DNA of 64,000 bases, taken from Macrostomum hystrix. Taxonomy: Eukaryota; Animalia; Platyhelminthes. Below the pieces are notes generated by a model, which saw only the letters and a list, made by a program, of their open reading frames with translations, was not told where the DNA came from and did not search any database. The DNA is taken from assembly GCA_950097015.1 (NCBI GenBank), contig CATNEN010000002.1, positions 4,340,001 through 4,404,000 of the forward strand, written 5' to 3'. Both the position numbers and the translations under genes were made by a program. This document shows positions 48,501 through 58,955 of the stretch, piece by piece (position 1 is the first letter of the stretch; every line of letters begins with the position of its first letter).

Positions 48501-51500
48501 CCAAGAAAATAGATAATCCTACAGATCCCTTTCCAAGAAAACAGATAATCCTACAAATCCCTTTCTAAGAAAATAGATAATCCTACAGATCACCTTTCCA
48601 AGAAAATAGATAATCCTACAGATCCCTTTCCAAGAAAATAGATAATCCTACAGATCCTTTTTTAATAAAATAGATAATCCTACAGATCCTTTTTCAATAA
48701 AATAGATAATCCTACAGATCCTTTTTCAATAAAATAGATAATCCTACAGATCCCCTTTCCAAGAAAATAGATAATCCTACAGATCTCCTTTCCAAGAAAA
48801 CATGTAATCATACAGATCACCTTTCCAAGAAAAAAGATAATCCTACAGATCCCCCTTACAGGAAAATAGATAATCCTACAGATCCCTTTCCAAGAAAATA
48901 GATAATCCTACAGATCCCTTTCCAAGAAAATAGATAATCCTACAAATCCCTTTCTAAGAAAATAGATAATCCTACAGATCACCTTTCCAAGAAAATAGAT
49001 AATCCTACAGATCCCTTTCCAAGAAAATAGATAATCCTACAGATCCTTTTCTAAGAAAATAGATAATCCTACAGATCCCTTTCCAAGAAAATAGATAATC
49101 CTACAGATCCTTTTCTAAGAAAATAGATAATCCTACAGATCCCTTTCTAAGAAAATAGATAATCCTACAGATCCCTTTCCAAGAAAATAGATAATCCTAC
49201 AGATCCCTTTCTAAGAAAATAGATAATCCTACAGATCCCTTTCCAAGAAAATAGATAATCCTACAGATCCCTTTCTAAGAAAATAGATAATCCTACAGAT
49301 CCCTTTCCAAGAAAATAGATAATCCTACAGATCCCTTTCTAAGAAAATAGATAATCCTACAAATCCCTTTCCAAGAAAATAGATTATCCTACAGATCCCT
49401 TTCTAAGAAAATAGATAATCCTACAGATCCCTTTCCAAAAAGCGAGATTCTAAAGATCATTTACAAGTAAACTCAAAGTTCTAAAAATCCTTTCCAAGGC
49501 AGATACAAATCTCAAATCTTTAAAAAACTCTTCTGAAGGATCCCTTTCTTAGAAATCCTACTTGTCAGAATTCGACCTTTGAACAGTCTCAGGAGAATTC
49601 ATTTTTTGTTTAAGGAACGAGTGAATTTTTTACAATCTAAATTACTACTCAGCAAGTAGTACCGGTGTTGCTTTTACAGGAATCAAATAAAAAAAAAAGT
49701 TTTTTTAAACAAAAGATTTGATTATGTCTGGAATTCTTAAACTAATGACATAAATGGTTTTAGGGGATATAGAATAGTTAAATATATTTTTTGCCTTGCT
49801 ATTTGACTGTAATAAGAAAATGTGAACAGTGAACAAGTGAAGCTACAGCATGACCTTTGTTTATTTGGCCTGTGAAAATATGGAACCGCTAATTCTAGGA
49901 TATGTACAATGCAAGAATTGTCGATATTATCATTAAGTCACGTTTCCAGTTGCATTCTAATACGGTATAATAAATATAGGCCAAAGAAATTCCGTCCAAG
50001 TTCAACTTTTAAAGGCCTGCTGTGCCTACTAGCTCAGCTTGACAATCAATAACAAACAGAAATGCTGCACATTTAGTTCCCTGTCTTCACTGCCACTGTT
50101 TGGGCAGGGTGGGTAGGGTGGTTTGGGAAGAGACTATTAGTGAATTAAATGAGACACGAAATAAATAATACGAAAGAATTGAAAATGGAGATGAGAGAGG
50201 AGAGAAGAGCGAAAAATAGGGGAGGGAAGAGAAGAGAAGTGGAGCGGAAAGGAGATAAAGGCAAAAGAGAGAAGGGGAGAGGAGAGAAGGGGAGAGGAGA
50301 GAAAGTGAGAGGAGAGAAGGGGAGAGAAGAGAAGGGGGGAGGAGAGAAGGGGAGAGAAGAGAAGGGGGGAGGAGAGAAGGGGAGAGGAGAGATGGGTAGA
50401 GGAGAGAAGGGGAGAGGAGAGAAGGGGAGAGGAGAGAAGGGGAGAGGATAGAAGGGGAGAGGAGAGAAGGGGAGAGGAGAGAAGGGGAGAGGAGAGATGG
50501 GTAGAGGAGAGAAGGGGAGAGGAGAGAAAGTGAGAGGAGAGAAGGGGAGAGGAGAGAAGGGGAGAGGAGAGAAGGGGAGAGGAGAGAAAGTGAGAGGAGA
50601 GAAGGGGAGAGAAGAGAAGGGGAGAGGAGAGAAGGGGAGAGAAGAGATGGGGAGAGGAGAGAAGGGGAGAGGAGAGAAGGGGAGAGGAGAGAAGGGGAGA
50701 GGAGAGAAGGGGAGAGGAGAGAAGGGGAGAGGAGAGAAGGGGAGAGGAGAGAAGGGGAGAGAAGAGATGGGTAGAGGAGAGAAGGGGAGAGGAGAGAAGG
50801 GGAGAGGAGAGAAGAGGAGAGGAGAGAAGGGGAGAGGAGAGAAGGGGAGAGGAGAGAAGGGGAGAGGAGAGAAGGGGAGAGGAGAGAAGGGGAGAGGAGA
50901 GATGGGTAGAGGAGAGAAGGGGAGAGGAGAGAAGGGGAGAGGAGAGAAGGGGAGAGGAGAGAAGGGGAGAGGAGAGAAGGGGTGAGGAGGTAGCGGAGGA
51001 CAGAGCTACCTCAGTGCAGCCAGTAACCCATCTGTGTAATATCAAAGAAGACACAAATATCCCAAGGTCAAGGCAGTCAATCTAACAATGTAGGGCGCAG
51101 TTCAACGAAGTTAATTACCTAAAGACAGGATGCTACATAGGTGTGTACATCAAAATTCCAAAGAATAGAAGAAAATGAAGAAGCCCATTAACTTGTAGAA
51201 GCAATTCTATTTTTCCATGCAACCAAATTGGCTAGTGACAAGTGTTTACATAGATAAGAATCTTGAAAGGCATTTGTGAGCGTTGAACACTTGAAATTCT
51301 AGCAGTTCTGCCCCTATTCAAGTATCGAAAATCTGATAATAACTCACCACAATTCTAGAACGCTTTCCGCTTTACAATTTAAGTATTTGATTTGGCAAAA
51401 TTTGGCATAATTAAATCGATGTTAAAGTGCATTCTATCTAGGATCATGCAGTTTGTTAGTCATCCGTTTTTTATAAATTTGCATTTTTATGACGCAAATT

Positions 51501-54500
51501 TCAATTCATTAACCTAAAATATCACTAAGCTGTGTCGCAAACGGTTTCGCTACATATCGGTGAAGGTTTGTCAGTTTGTTTGAATCCTATGCATAATATA
51601 GCGATGCCTTTTAAACGACTCGGCAATATTATCGAATTCCGAGATTAGAGGGCGAATCCAATAGACGACAGTGGGTCGGATTGGAGTCCAGATACTGGAA
51701 CGATGAGACAGGGGACAGACGAGACGGGGGAGAGATAAGACGGGAGAGATAAGACAGGGGAGAGATGAGACACTGGAGAGATAAGACACGAGAGAGATGA
51801 GACAAGGGAGAAATTAGACACAGGAGAGATGCAACGGGGGAGAGATTAAACAGGGGAGAGATGAGACAAGGGAGAGATGAGACACGGGAGATATGAGACA
51901 CGGGAGAGATGAGACAGGGGAGAGATGAGACACGGGAGAGATGAGACAGGGGATAGATGCGAGGGGAGAGATAAGGCGGGAGAGATTAGACAGGAGAGAT
52001 GAGATACGAGAGAGATGAGACACGGGAGAGGTGAGACAGCAGAGATTAGACGGGGAGAGATTAGATAGGAGAGAGATGAGACAAGAGAGCGATGAGACAC
52101 GGGAGAGATGAGACACGGGAGAGATGAGACGGAGAGATAAGACAGGGGAGAGATGAGACACGGGAGAGATGAGACAAGAGAGCGATGAGACAAGGGAGAG
52201 ATTAGACACAGAGAGATGAGACGGGGAGAAATGAGACACGGGAGAGATGAGACGGGAGAGATGAGACAGGGGAGAGATGAGACAGGGGAGAAATGAGACA
52301 GGGGAGAAATGAGACAGGGGAGAGATGAGACAGGGGAGAAATGAGACAGGGGAGAGATAAGACAGGGGAGAAATGAGACAGGGGAGAGATAAGACAGGGG
52401 AGAGATAAGGCGGGAGATTAGAAAGGGTTAGGTTGTCTTTACGAAAATAGGTGTCAATAGTGCAGTAAATCAGTTGAACAGAACTTACCAAGAAGAGCAT
52501 GAAATAGTTCAGAAAAAAATTCAGCTTTAAAAAATTAAAAACTTTGCCAGTTTTGTTCTCTAAGAAAGCCCGGGCCGTCCGACCCTGGATGACTTTTGCC
52601 GCTCAGGAATATAGAATCCCAGACTAGGCTCGGAGTCAAGAAATTGTTCCGCAAGTGGAAAACCTGTCAGCCAACCAGCGATGAGGCGGGATATAAAAAA
52701 TGCAACATCCCCACCTCCGCCAGCCTTTTACTAAATTGTAAAGTTACTTATTCAGCTTATGTTTGCAATATTAAAAAGATAAATGATTTCTAAGGCCAAG
52801 CCAACTTAATAAATAAGTAGCAGTCTAAAGCCTTTACCTCTCGCACCAAGGTCCCTGAGCTCGATTCCGCGGCGAGGCAACATTTATTTGAGGCGAAGGC
52901 CACGGAGAGAAGGCTTTTGGGCAACTTACGCCCTCGAGGGCCAACCTCCAAGGCTTACACTGTGTAAGCCTACACTGCCTGACAATGAGAAAGTCAGGTC
53001 AGGTGTACACACCTGTGTGAGCGTGTGTGCTCAGGAGTCAGCGAAATGGGCAGAATTGCTGCCATCCTCGCTGGCTGCGGGTCTAGCAGCCCTCCTGCAA
53101 TCATTATTAAGCTAGCCTATTAGAAGACAAAAAATATGTGGCGGCAAGGAAAAAAACTAAAATGTCGGCACCTGCTATAACAAAAATAGATTAATCAAAT
53201 AAGGTCAAACAGGTCACCACATTTGACCTACCCACTCCCTGATCAAGCATTGAAGTCAGAATAAATATTGACTTCGATAAGTTTGGGGCTAAAGCTAGTT
53301 TCTTTAATTAAGCCCAGCAGATCAAGAAGACCCAGACAGAAAGTATCATGCAAAGTATCATTCCACATTCTTTGTAGTTTTTTCCCCAGGCAATCAAAGA
53401 CAAGCCGACAAACAAAAAAGAGAACAGTTGTAACAAAAAACAGTCTCGAAACAATGAGTTGAAGGGAATGAGGGCTTGAAGCGACTGCAAGGCACACGAA
53501 CCTGATTTATTGCGTCTGACAAATGATTCAGACTTATGGTGTCTATGCATTTAGGTGCAAAAGCACTGCACTAAATAAAAAGCAAGTTGTCAACAATTTT
53601 AATTCATTCTCATGCTCATTTGTGCCACTGGCAATAGTGCGTGCATACCTAGTACAGACATAACTAATTCTAGATTTACTCTGTTAAAGCATTTACCTTC
53701 TGGGCAAAGAATATTCAAAGAATAAATTTCAGGGAAAACAGATTTCATGGAAAGTGGAATCTTCAGGGAAATGAGATTTCATGGAAAAGTGGAATCATCA
53801 GGGAAATGAGATTTCATAGACAGTGGAATCTTCAGGGAAATGAGATTTCATGGAAAGTGGAATCTTCAGGGAAATGAGATTTCATAGACAGTGGAATCTT
53901 CAGGGAAATGAGATTTCATAGACAGTGGAATCTTCAGGGAAATGAGATTTCATGGAAAGTGGAATCTTCAGGGAAATGAGATTTCATGGAAAGTGGAATC
54001 TTCAGGGAAATGAGATTTCATGGAAAGTGGAATCATCAGGGAAATGAGATTTCATAGACAGTGGAATCTTCAGGGAAATGAGATTTCATTGAAAGAGGAA
54101 TCTTCAGGGAAAAGAGATTCATAGACAGTGGAATCTTCAGGGAAATGAGATTTCGTGGAAAGAGGAATCTTCAGGGAAAAAAGATTCATAGACAGTGGAA
54201 TCTTCAGGGAAAAGAGATTCATAGACAGTGGAATCTTCAGGGAAAAGAGATTTCGTGGAAAGAGGAATCTTAAGGGAAAAGAGATTCATAGACAGAGGAA
54301 TCTTCAGGGAAAAAAGATTCATAGACAGTGGAATCTTCAGGGAAAAGAGATTCATAGACAGTGGAATCTTCAGGGAAATGAGATTTCGTGGAAAGTGGAA
54401 TCCTCAGGGAAATGAGATTTCGTGGAAAGTGGAATCTTCAGGGAAATGATATTTCCCCACCCCTGTTCCCTCGTCTCCCCATTCCTGTTCCCCCGTCTCC

Positions 54501-57054
54501 CCATTCCTCTTCCCGTCTCCCCATTCCTCTTCCCGTCTCCCTATCCCTATTAAAAAGTATTTTAAAAGCGTTAAAAATTATTTTTGTTTGTTAAAACTCA
54601 GCTTCTTTGGGACGCTAAAACTTTTGTTTGATATTTTAGTCAAGTAAAATATCATCGCAACTCACCAAGTCCTCGACAATGCCGCGGTAGACCCTGCCGC
54701 TCTGCGCACTATTAACGTGAGTCGCCCACATCCAGCCCTCTTGGTTAGTGTGCTCCACGTAGCAGACGTCACCGGCAACCAGCGACAGCTCGTCAGTGCC
54801 GGGCGATTTCGTGTAGCTCATCATGGCCATCACGCAGCGCTTGACGGGAAGCCGGTGCGTCGGCGGTATGGGGTGCTCCAACCTGGCATTCGGGTAGATT
54901 TCCACCTGCGACAGGAGAGTTGGGTGCGGCTTGAGGACTTCCCCGAATGGGCAGGCAAATGGGATAAGGGTATTTGGGACGAGGGTTGGGAAGACGGGAG
55001 TAGGGATGGGGAGACAGGGGAAGATGGATGGGGAGACAGGAAGATGGATGGGGAGACAGGGGAAGATGGATGGGGAGACAGGGTAGGAAAGATGGGGAGA
55101 CAGCGGAAGAGGGATAGGGAGACGGGAAGAGGAATGGGGAGACGGGGGAACAGGAATGGGGAGACGAGGGAAGAGGGGTGGGGAGGCGGGGGAACAGGAA
55201 TGGGGAGACGGGGAAACAGGAATGGGGAGACGAGGGAAGAGGGGTGGGGAGACGGGGGAAGAGGAGTGGGGAGACGGGGGAAGAGGAGTGGGGAGACGGG
55301 GGAAGAGGAGTGGGGGGACGGGGGAAGAGGAATGGGGAGACGGGGGAACAGGAATGGGGAGACGAGGGAAGAGGGGTGGGGAGACGGGGAAAGAGGAGTG
55401 GGGAGACGGGGGGAGAGGAGTGGGGAGACGGTGGAAGAGGAGTGGGGAGACGGGGGAAGAGGGGTGGGGAGACGGAGGAAGAGGTGTGGGGAGACGGGGG
55501 AAGAGGGGTGGGGAGACGGAGGAAGAGGTGTGGGGAGACAGGGGAAGAAAATGGGGAGACGGGGGAAGAGGGATGGAGGGAGGGGTAGGAACAGGGGCAA
55601 ACGGTTTAAGACTGGAGAATTAGTAAGTAGAGGAGCCTGATGACGAATATTTTAAGTCCTGACCTGTGTGTAATAGGTGACAAGTTCAGCCAGTGAATGA
55701 AACACCAGGCCTCCAATAATCCACAGGTCGTAGGATTGTCGAATCCTGTTAAAAACGTAAAGACAGTCAGAAAAAAATAAGTAGCCACCAAAAAATAATC
55801 GGTTATTAACTTACTGTGCCAATGTTTAGAACAAAAGATATTGGTGTCAAAAATAGATATCAATAAACTATTGAAAAGTCAACACTACACAAAAGCTAGA
55901 ATTAGTTATTCATTACCTGAAATGAACTTTCTGTGAAATTCCATCTTTTTTTGTATGCAAAGATATGCAGAACTGCTCATCTGGCTTCACTGACGATGGT
56001 CCAATGATTCTCTCTCGAACTAAATAATAGTTGTCTGGCTCATATTCATTTAGGATCTCGTCCGCTTTGATCTGGTCCATTTGGCCATGAAAGAAACTGT
56101 CAATGCAAGTAGATGATTTTACAGGTTTTATATTGACAGGTGGCAAGTGTGCTAAGATATAGGATTGTAAAAATTGAATTTTGTTTTGTAATTAAGAATA
56201 TACTGTATGAGATTCTCCACTCCCTTTAAAAATGTAAAAATTATATTTCTCCTATATTGAAGAATGCATTAAATGGAATATTGTTCTATCTTCAGAAATA
56301 TAAAATAGGAGTCATACATTCAGTTGAATTGACATTTGAGCTAATATATTATTGGTTTTGTAACACAATCACTTCAGTACAACTTTTAAAGAGAAATGAT
56401 TGTGTTTGAAACTACAACCAAAAAAGCATAAGTTTAGTTTAAATACTTTTAGCAACCAACATTATAATATCAGTTTTGGAAGGCAATAATTTCTATTCAA
56501 CTTTTAAAGAGAAATGATTGTGTTTGAAACTACAACCAAAAAATAATAAGTTTAGTTTAAATACTCTTAGCAACCAACATTATAATATCAGTTTTGGAAG
56601 GCAATAATTTCTATTCAACTTTTAAAGAGAAATGATTGTGACCTGAAACTAAAAACAAAAAATGTTTAAAATTAATTTCCTAAACTTTCACTAAACAATT
56701 GGCAATGACTTGCTCCAATTCTTAATATATTAAGTACTGCACTTTTTGTTGACAATAATTCGCATGTATCTATGTATATATAGCATTAATATCATTATAA
56801 TATATATGATAATGATGTATGTGATCTACGTACATCATATGATGTATGATGTTTATATATATATATATAATGTTCAAAACCGTTTTTTTATATTATAATT
56901 TTTTGATAAGTAATAAGTCAAATAGACTGCATTTTTTACAATGAGAACAGTAGAAAAATGCTGCTGATTTAAAGGTTTATAAATAGGCTTACTCTTCAAA
57001 TTTAACAGAAATTCCATTCCCAGTGGTGTCCTCTTCTTGTTCGTCGTCAGCCAT
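36280..57054 (-). CDS. RASA1: p120 RasGAP (SH2-SH3-SH2-PH-C2-RasGAP), 10 exons: 57054-56993, 56096-55917, 55745-55664, 54905-54666, 44612-44313, 43954-43445, 42678-42527, 40760-40235, 38136-37639, 36555-36280; 941 aa
   Basis: All junctions GT-AG with consistent phases, total 2826 nt. Domain order and motifs match human RASA1: FFHG/YLVRE, YTKSPGTDELS..GWMW, YLLRPS, KPKGLI, FFFLRLFCPAL, C-terminal ELASLHDFC...LKKL. Exon 1 is the least certain. Confidence 0.9.
36622..36822. repeat. Minisatellite, about 20 bp unit (ggataagatcctcaatctgg)
   Basis: Read directly. Confidence 0.8.
37500..37630 (+). mobile_element. SINE family 2 (CORE-like), 3' part
   Basis: gtgtctttgagcacgacac...cagctggg...gggtgggtgtcg...cccagtccatggactgaa, collinear with the 44700-44905 copy. 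Confidence 0.55.
37639..38136 (-). CDS. RASA1: RASA1 exon 9, RasGAP catalytic core
   Basis: FFFLRLFCPAL signature and KALQLFAN. Confidence 0.92.
38385..40110. repeat. Minisatellite, 31 bp unit (atcccaaaatatcacaaactaccgactcaat), in RASA1 intron 8
   Basis: Read directly; core bracketed by a ~98-bp direct repeat. Confidence 0.95.
40235..40760 (-). CDS. RASA1: RASA1 exon 8, C2 C-terminus and start of the GAP domain
   Basis: LFRTTTIGTAALEVYL corresponds to the FRxxT arginine-finger region. Confidence 0.88.
41905..42305. repeat. Minisatellite, about 20 bp unit (gtagaaaataggagcagggg)
   Basis: Read directly. Confidence 0.88.
42527..42678 (-). CDS. RASA1: RASA1 exon 7, C2 domain
   Basis: VTVHFNGVMVAKTR...WDEPFHF; ctccag| acceptor and gtgagt donor. 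Confidence 0.85.
42765..43352. repeat. Minisatellite, 15 bp unit (ggatacttcaggcgt)
   Basis: Read directly. Confidence 0.92.
43445..43954 (-). CDS. RASA1: RASA1 exon 6, PH domain
   Basis: WKRQRC...KPKGLIALEFAHLYPV...KPQCLQLV...AEWQQAL. Confidence 0.88.
43960..44308 (-). mobile_element. SINE family 1, full length, constituting RASA1 intron 5
   Basis: Head gggtggtcggtggcagagcgg...gctcgattcc, body and (ATT)n tail. 9-bp TSD gcaccttca at 43951-43959 and 44309-44317. Confidence 0.93.
44313..44612 (-). CDS. RASA1: RASA1 exon 5, C-terminal SH2 domain
   Basis: KFYHP...GTYLLRPSARD...IRKFEI...HFVLSGREFATIDEIIRRY. Confidence 0.9.
44700..44905 (-). mobile_element. SINE family 2 (tRNA head plus CORE-like domain)
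   Basis: Minus strand: gggttcgatt B-box, gtgttcttttagcaagacgcgtaactctgcattgcttcagttcacccagctgtcaactgggtacc, and 3' cagtccatggactg. Confidence 0.7.
45293..46840. repeat. Minisatellite, 28-30 bp unit (cattcctacagcatagacacatgaaaatcc)
   Basis: Read directly. Confidence 0.95.
47697..49438. repeat. Minisatellite, about 32 bp unit (gataatcctacagatccctttccaagaaaata), with a higher-order block repeated three times
   Basis: The variant aaacatgtaatcatacagatcacc recurs at about 48020, 48410 and 48800. Confidence 0.93.
50270..50985. repeat. Polypurine minisatellite, 15 bp unit (ggagaggagagaagg)
   Basis: Read directly. Confidence 0.95.
51705..52415. repeat. Purine-rich gagagatgagac-type minisatellite (same family as 16443-17415)
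   Basis: Read directly. Confidence 0.9.
52830..53112 (+). mobile_element. SINE family 1 copy, 5'-eroded, antisense in RASA1 intron 4
   Basis: cctctcgcaccaaggtccctgagctcgattccgcggcgagg... through gcagccctcctgcaatcattatt. Confidence 0.85.
53730..54448. repeat. Minisatellite, 32-34 bp unit (cttcagggaaatgagatttcatagacagtggaat)
   Basis: Read directly. Confidence 0.93.
54666..54905 (-). CDS. RASA1: RASA1 exon 4, SH3 domain (phase 0-0, 240 nt)
   Basis: YTKSPGTDELSLVAGD...EGWMWAT...GRVYRGIVEDL versus human YTKVPDTDEISFLKGD...DGWMWVT...GLIVEDLVE. Confidence 0.92.
55005..55590. repeat. G/A-rich minisatellite (about 21-22 bp, ggggagacgggggaagaggagt) in RASA1 intron 3, with an inverted copy at 54455-54548
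   Basis: Read directly. Confidence 0.88.
55664..56096 (-). CDS. RASA1: RASA1 exons 2-3, N-terminal SH2 domain (56096-55917 and 55745-55664)
   Basis: FFHGQMDQIKADEIL...YLVRE...VHFR|IRQSYDLWIIGGLVFHSLAELVTYY. Confidence 0.85.
56380..56650. repeat. About 118-bp tandem duplication (2 copies plus a partial)
   Basis: caacttttaaagagaaatgattgtg recurs at about 56380, 56497 and 56617. Confidence 0.85.
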
Positions 57055-58589
57055 CAAAAGTTGTAGTACCACTATCTTAAAAAAGGCACTTAATAAACGC
57101 AACAAAAAGTTACGACATTTTTTAAAAGCAAAAGTTAATTAGCAAACTTTGCGCCTTGAAAAAAATAAAACTTGAATGAATTAAGAAAAGTACGATGCCC
57201 AATTCTTAGAAACTCTTCTGGCTAATAAATGTAACACTTATACATCATGTTTAACAAAGTACAGCAAAATAGTAATTTTTTAGTAAAAAAGTACTTATTT
57301 ACGATAGAATTATCGCAGAACATAAATAATGTTTTTCATCGCAAGTATCAAATCGCAGCTAATTTAACACCGGTACTGTAGAATGCCTTTTTCAAACCTG
57401 CTAATCTCGAGTTCAAAACTCAAATGCGTGTCGATTTTATTGTTCGATGCAAATTTGTATGTCTATTCTAATTTATACATCTTTATTGCATGCAGTACTT
57501 AATTATTTTATTATCTCAGCCTGTATTTACAAAACAATATGGCCGGTACTTTAGATACGCGAGTACTCCGTACAAACTCTTTTGACAGTGCATTTTGTCT
57601 CCGTCTATGTCCTTCTGACTGCACACACATAGATGGGATAATCGGCACGGTGCACAATTAATACGTTTAAGTTCAGATCATGTATGCGGTCACGTATCGA
57701 GCCGATGTCCGATATTTTACCGCGTACGGTAGTATTTTTGTCAGTTATCTTGTACGGGTCAACTAAGGTTTTTTTGGAGTTGCATAAGTGTAAGCCATGC
57801 AGATCTGTCGCAGTCATGGCATTGTGGGGGTGAACTCATCTGGATATCATCCCCAAGCATAAAGGCGCGGAGCCTGTGTGAGCCAATGCCCAATATTATT
57901 TTATTTTGTTTACATATGTAAGAGGATTAGAATATTAATAATATTAATATACCATTAATATTATTATAAATTATTAAGATGATTAGAACTAAATTCTAAT
58001 CCAAGAACAACAACAACTAATCGAACAACAAATAAGTTTTTATAATGGCGAGAAGAAAGCTCGAAGCATACAGTACACTACATATATAAAAACGACGGTT
58101 CCTGCATGAATTTAGTTAAATTTTCTACACTTTGAGGTGATTTAGCAAAATTCACTAACACAAGTAAACTGTAGGCCGGTTCTCGGTTTGCATGCATCCG
58201 AGTTGATAAACTGCTCCTGGCTTGATTCAATTATTTCTCTCAATTTCTCATTGTTAGTAACACAATTTCTCCAGCTTTTAACCGACAATGCAGCTCATTA
58301 TGAAGTCTACTGGCTCGATTGTGTGACATTCACTATAAGGATTGAATGAGGAAGAAATTCTATTGAAAATGCTGATATTACCTCCATATCTGCGAAATTG
58401 AAGTGGTAAATTAACCAGTTCAATAGAGATTGAACTCGCAATTGACGCCAGATAAAATTTCTTACAATTATAATTTCTCCAAATCAATATTAACTTCAGT
58501 TGCACGACCCAAATAAGATAGTCAAAGCGGGTCTGCCAAACAGGTGCTGTGTTTGTGTCTGTGGCTTGTGGGTATGCGGGTATAATGTG

Positions 58590-58955
58590 AGGGTGAATGG
58601 CATAACGGTTATCACGTCTCTCTCCCACCAAAGTCCGTGAGCTCTATTCCGCGGTGAGGCCACATAAAATTGGCAGCCGCGGAGAGAAGGCAATTGAAGG
58701 CTTGTCGTGCCATTTGCGCGTTGAGGGCCAACCTCTAAGGCACAGTGAAATGTACACTGCCTGACGATGAAAAATTCAGGGCAGATGTACAAACTTGTGT
58801 GAGCGTGTGCCAGCTGCGTGCGGTATCTGTGTGCGTGTGTGCTCAGGAGTCTGTGAAATGGGCAGAATTGCCTCATCGCTGGCTGCGGGTCTAGTGTCAC
58901 CAAGTGATGTGCCTGCATCCCTCCTGCAATTATCATTACTATTATTATTATTATG
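58590..58955 (+). mobile_element. SINE family 1, diverged full-length copy with ATT tail
   Basis: Collinear with the other copies over about 350 bp. Confidence 0.85.

Noticed and set aside
57482-57492. Spliced-leader RNA gene (tttattgcatg resembles the end of a flatworm SL as I recall it)
   Set aside because: Only an 11-nt AT-rich match, with no following GT donor or Sm-site context.
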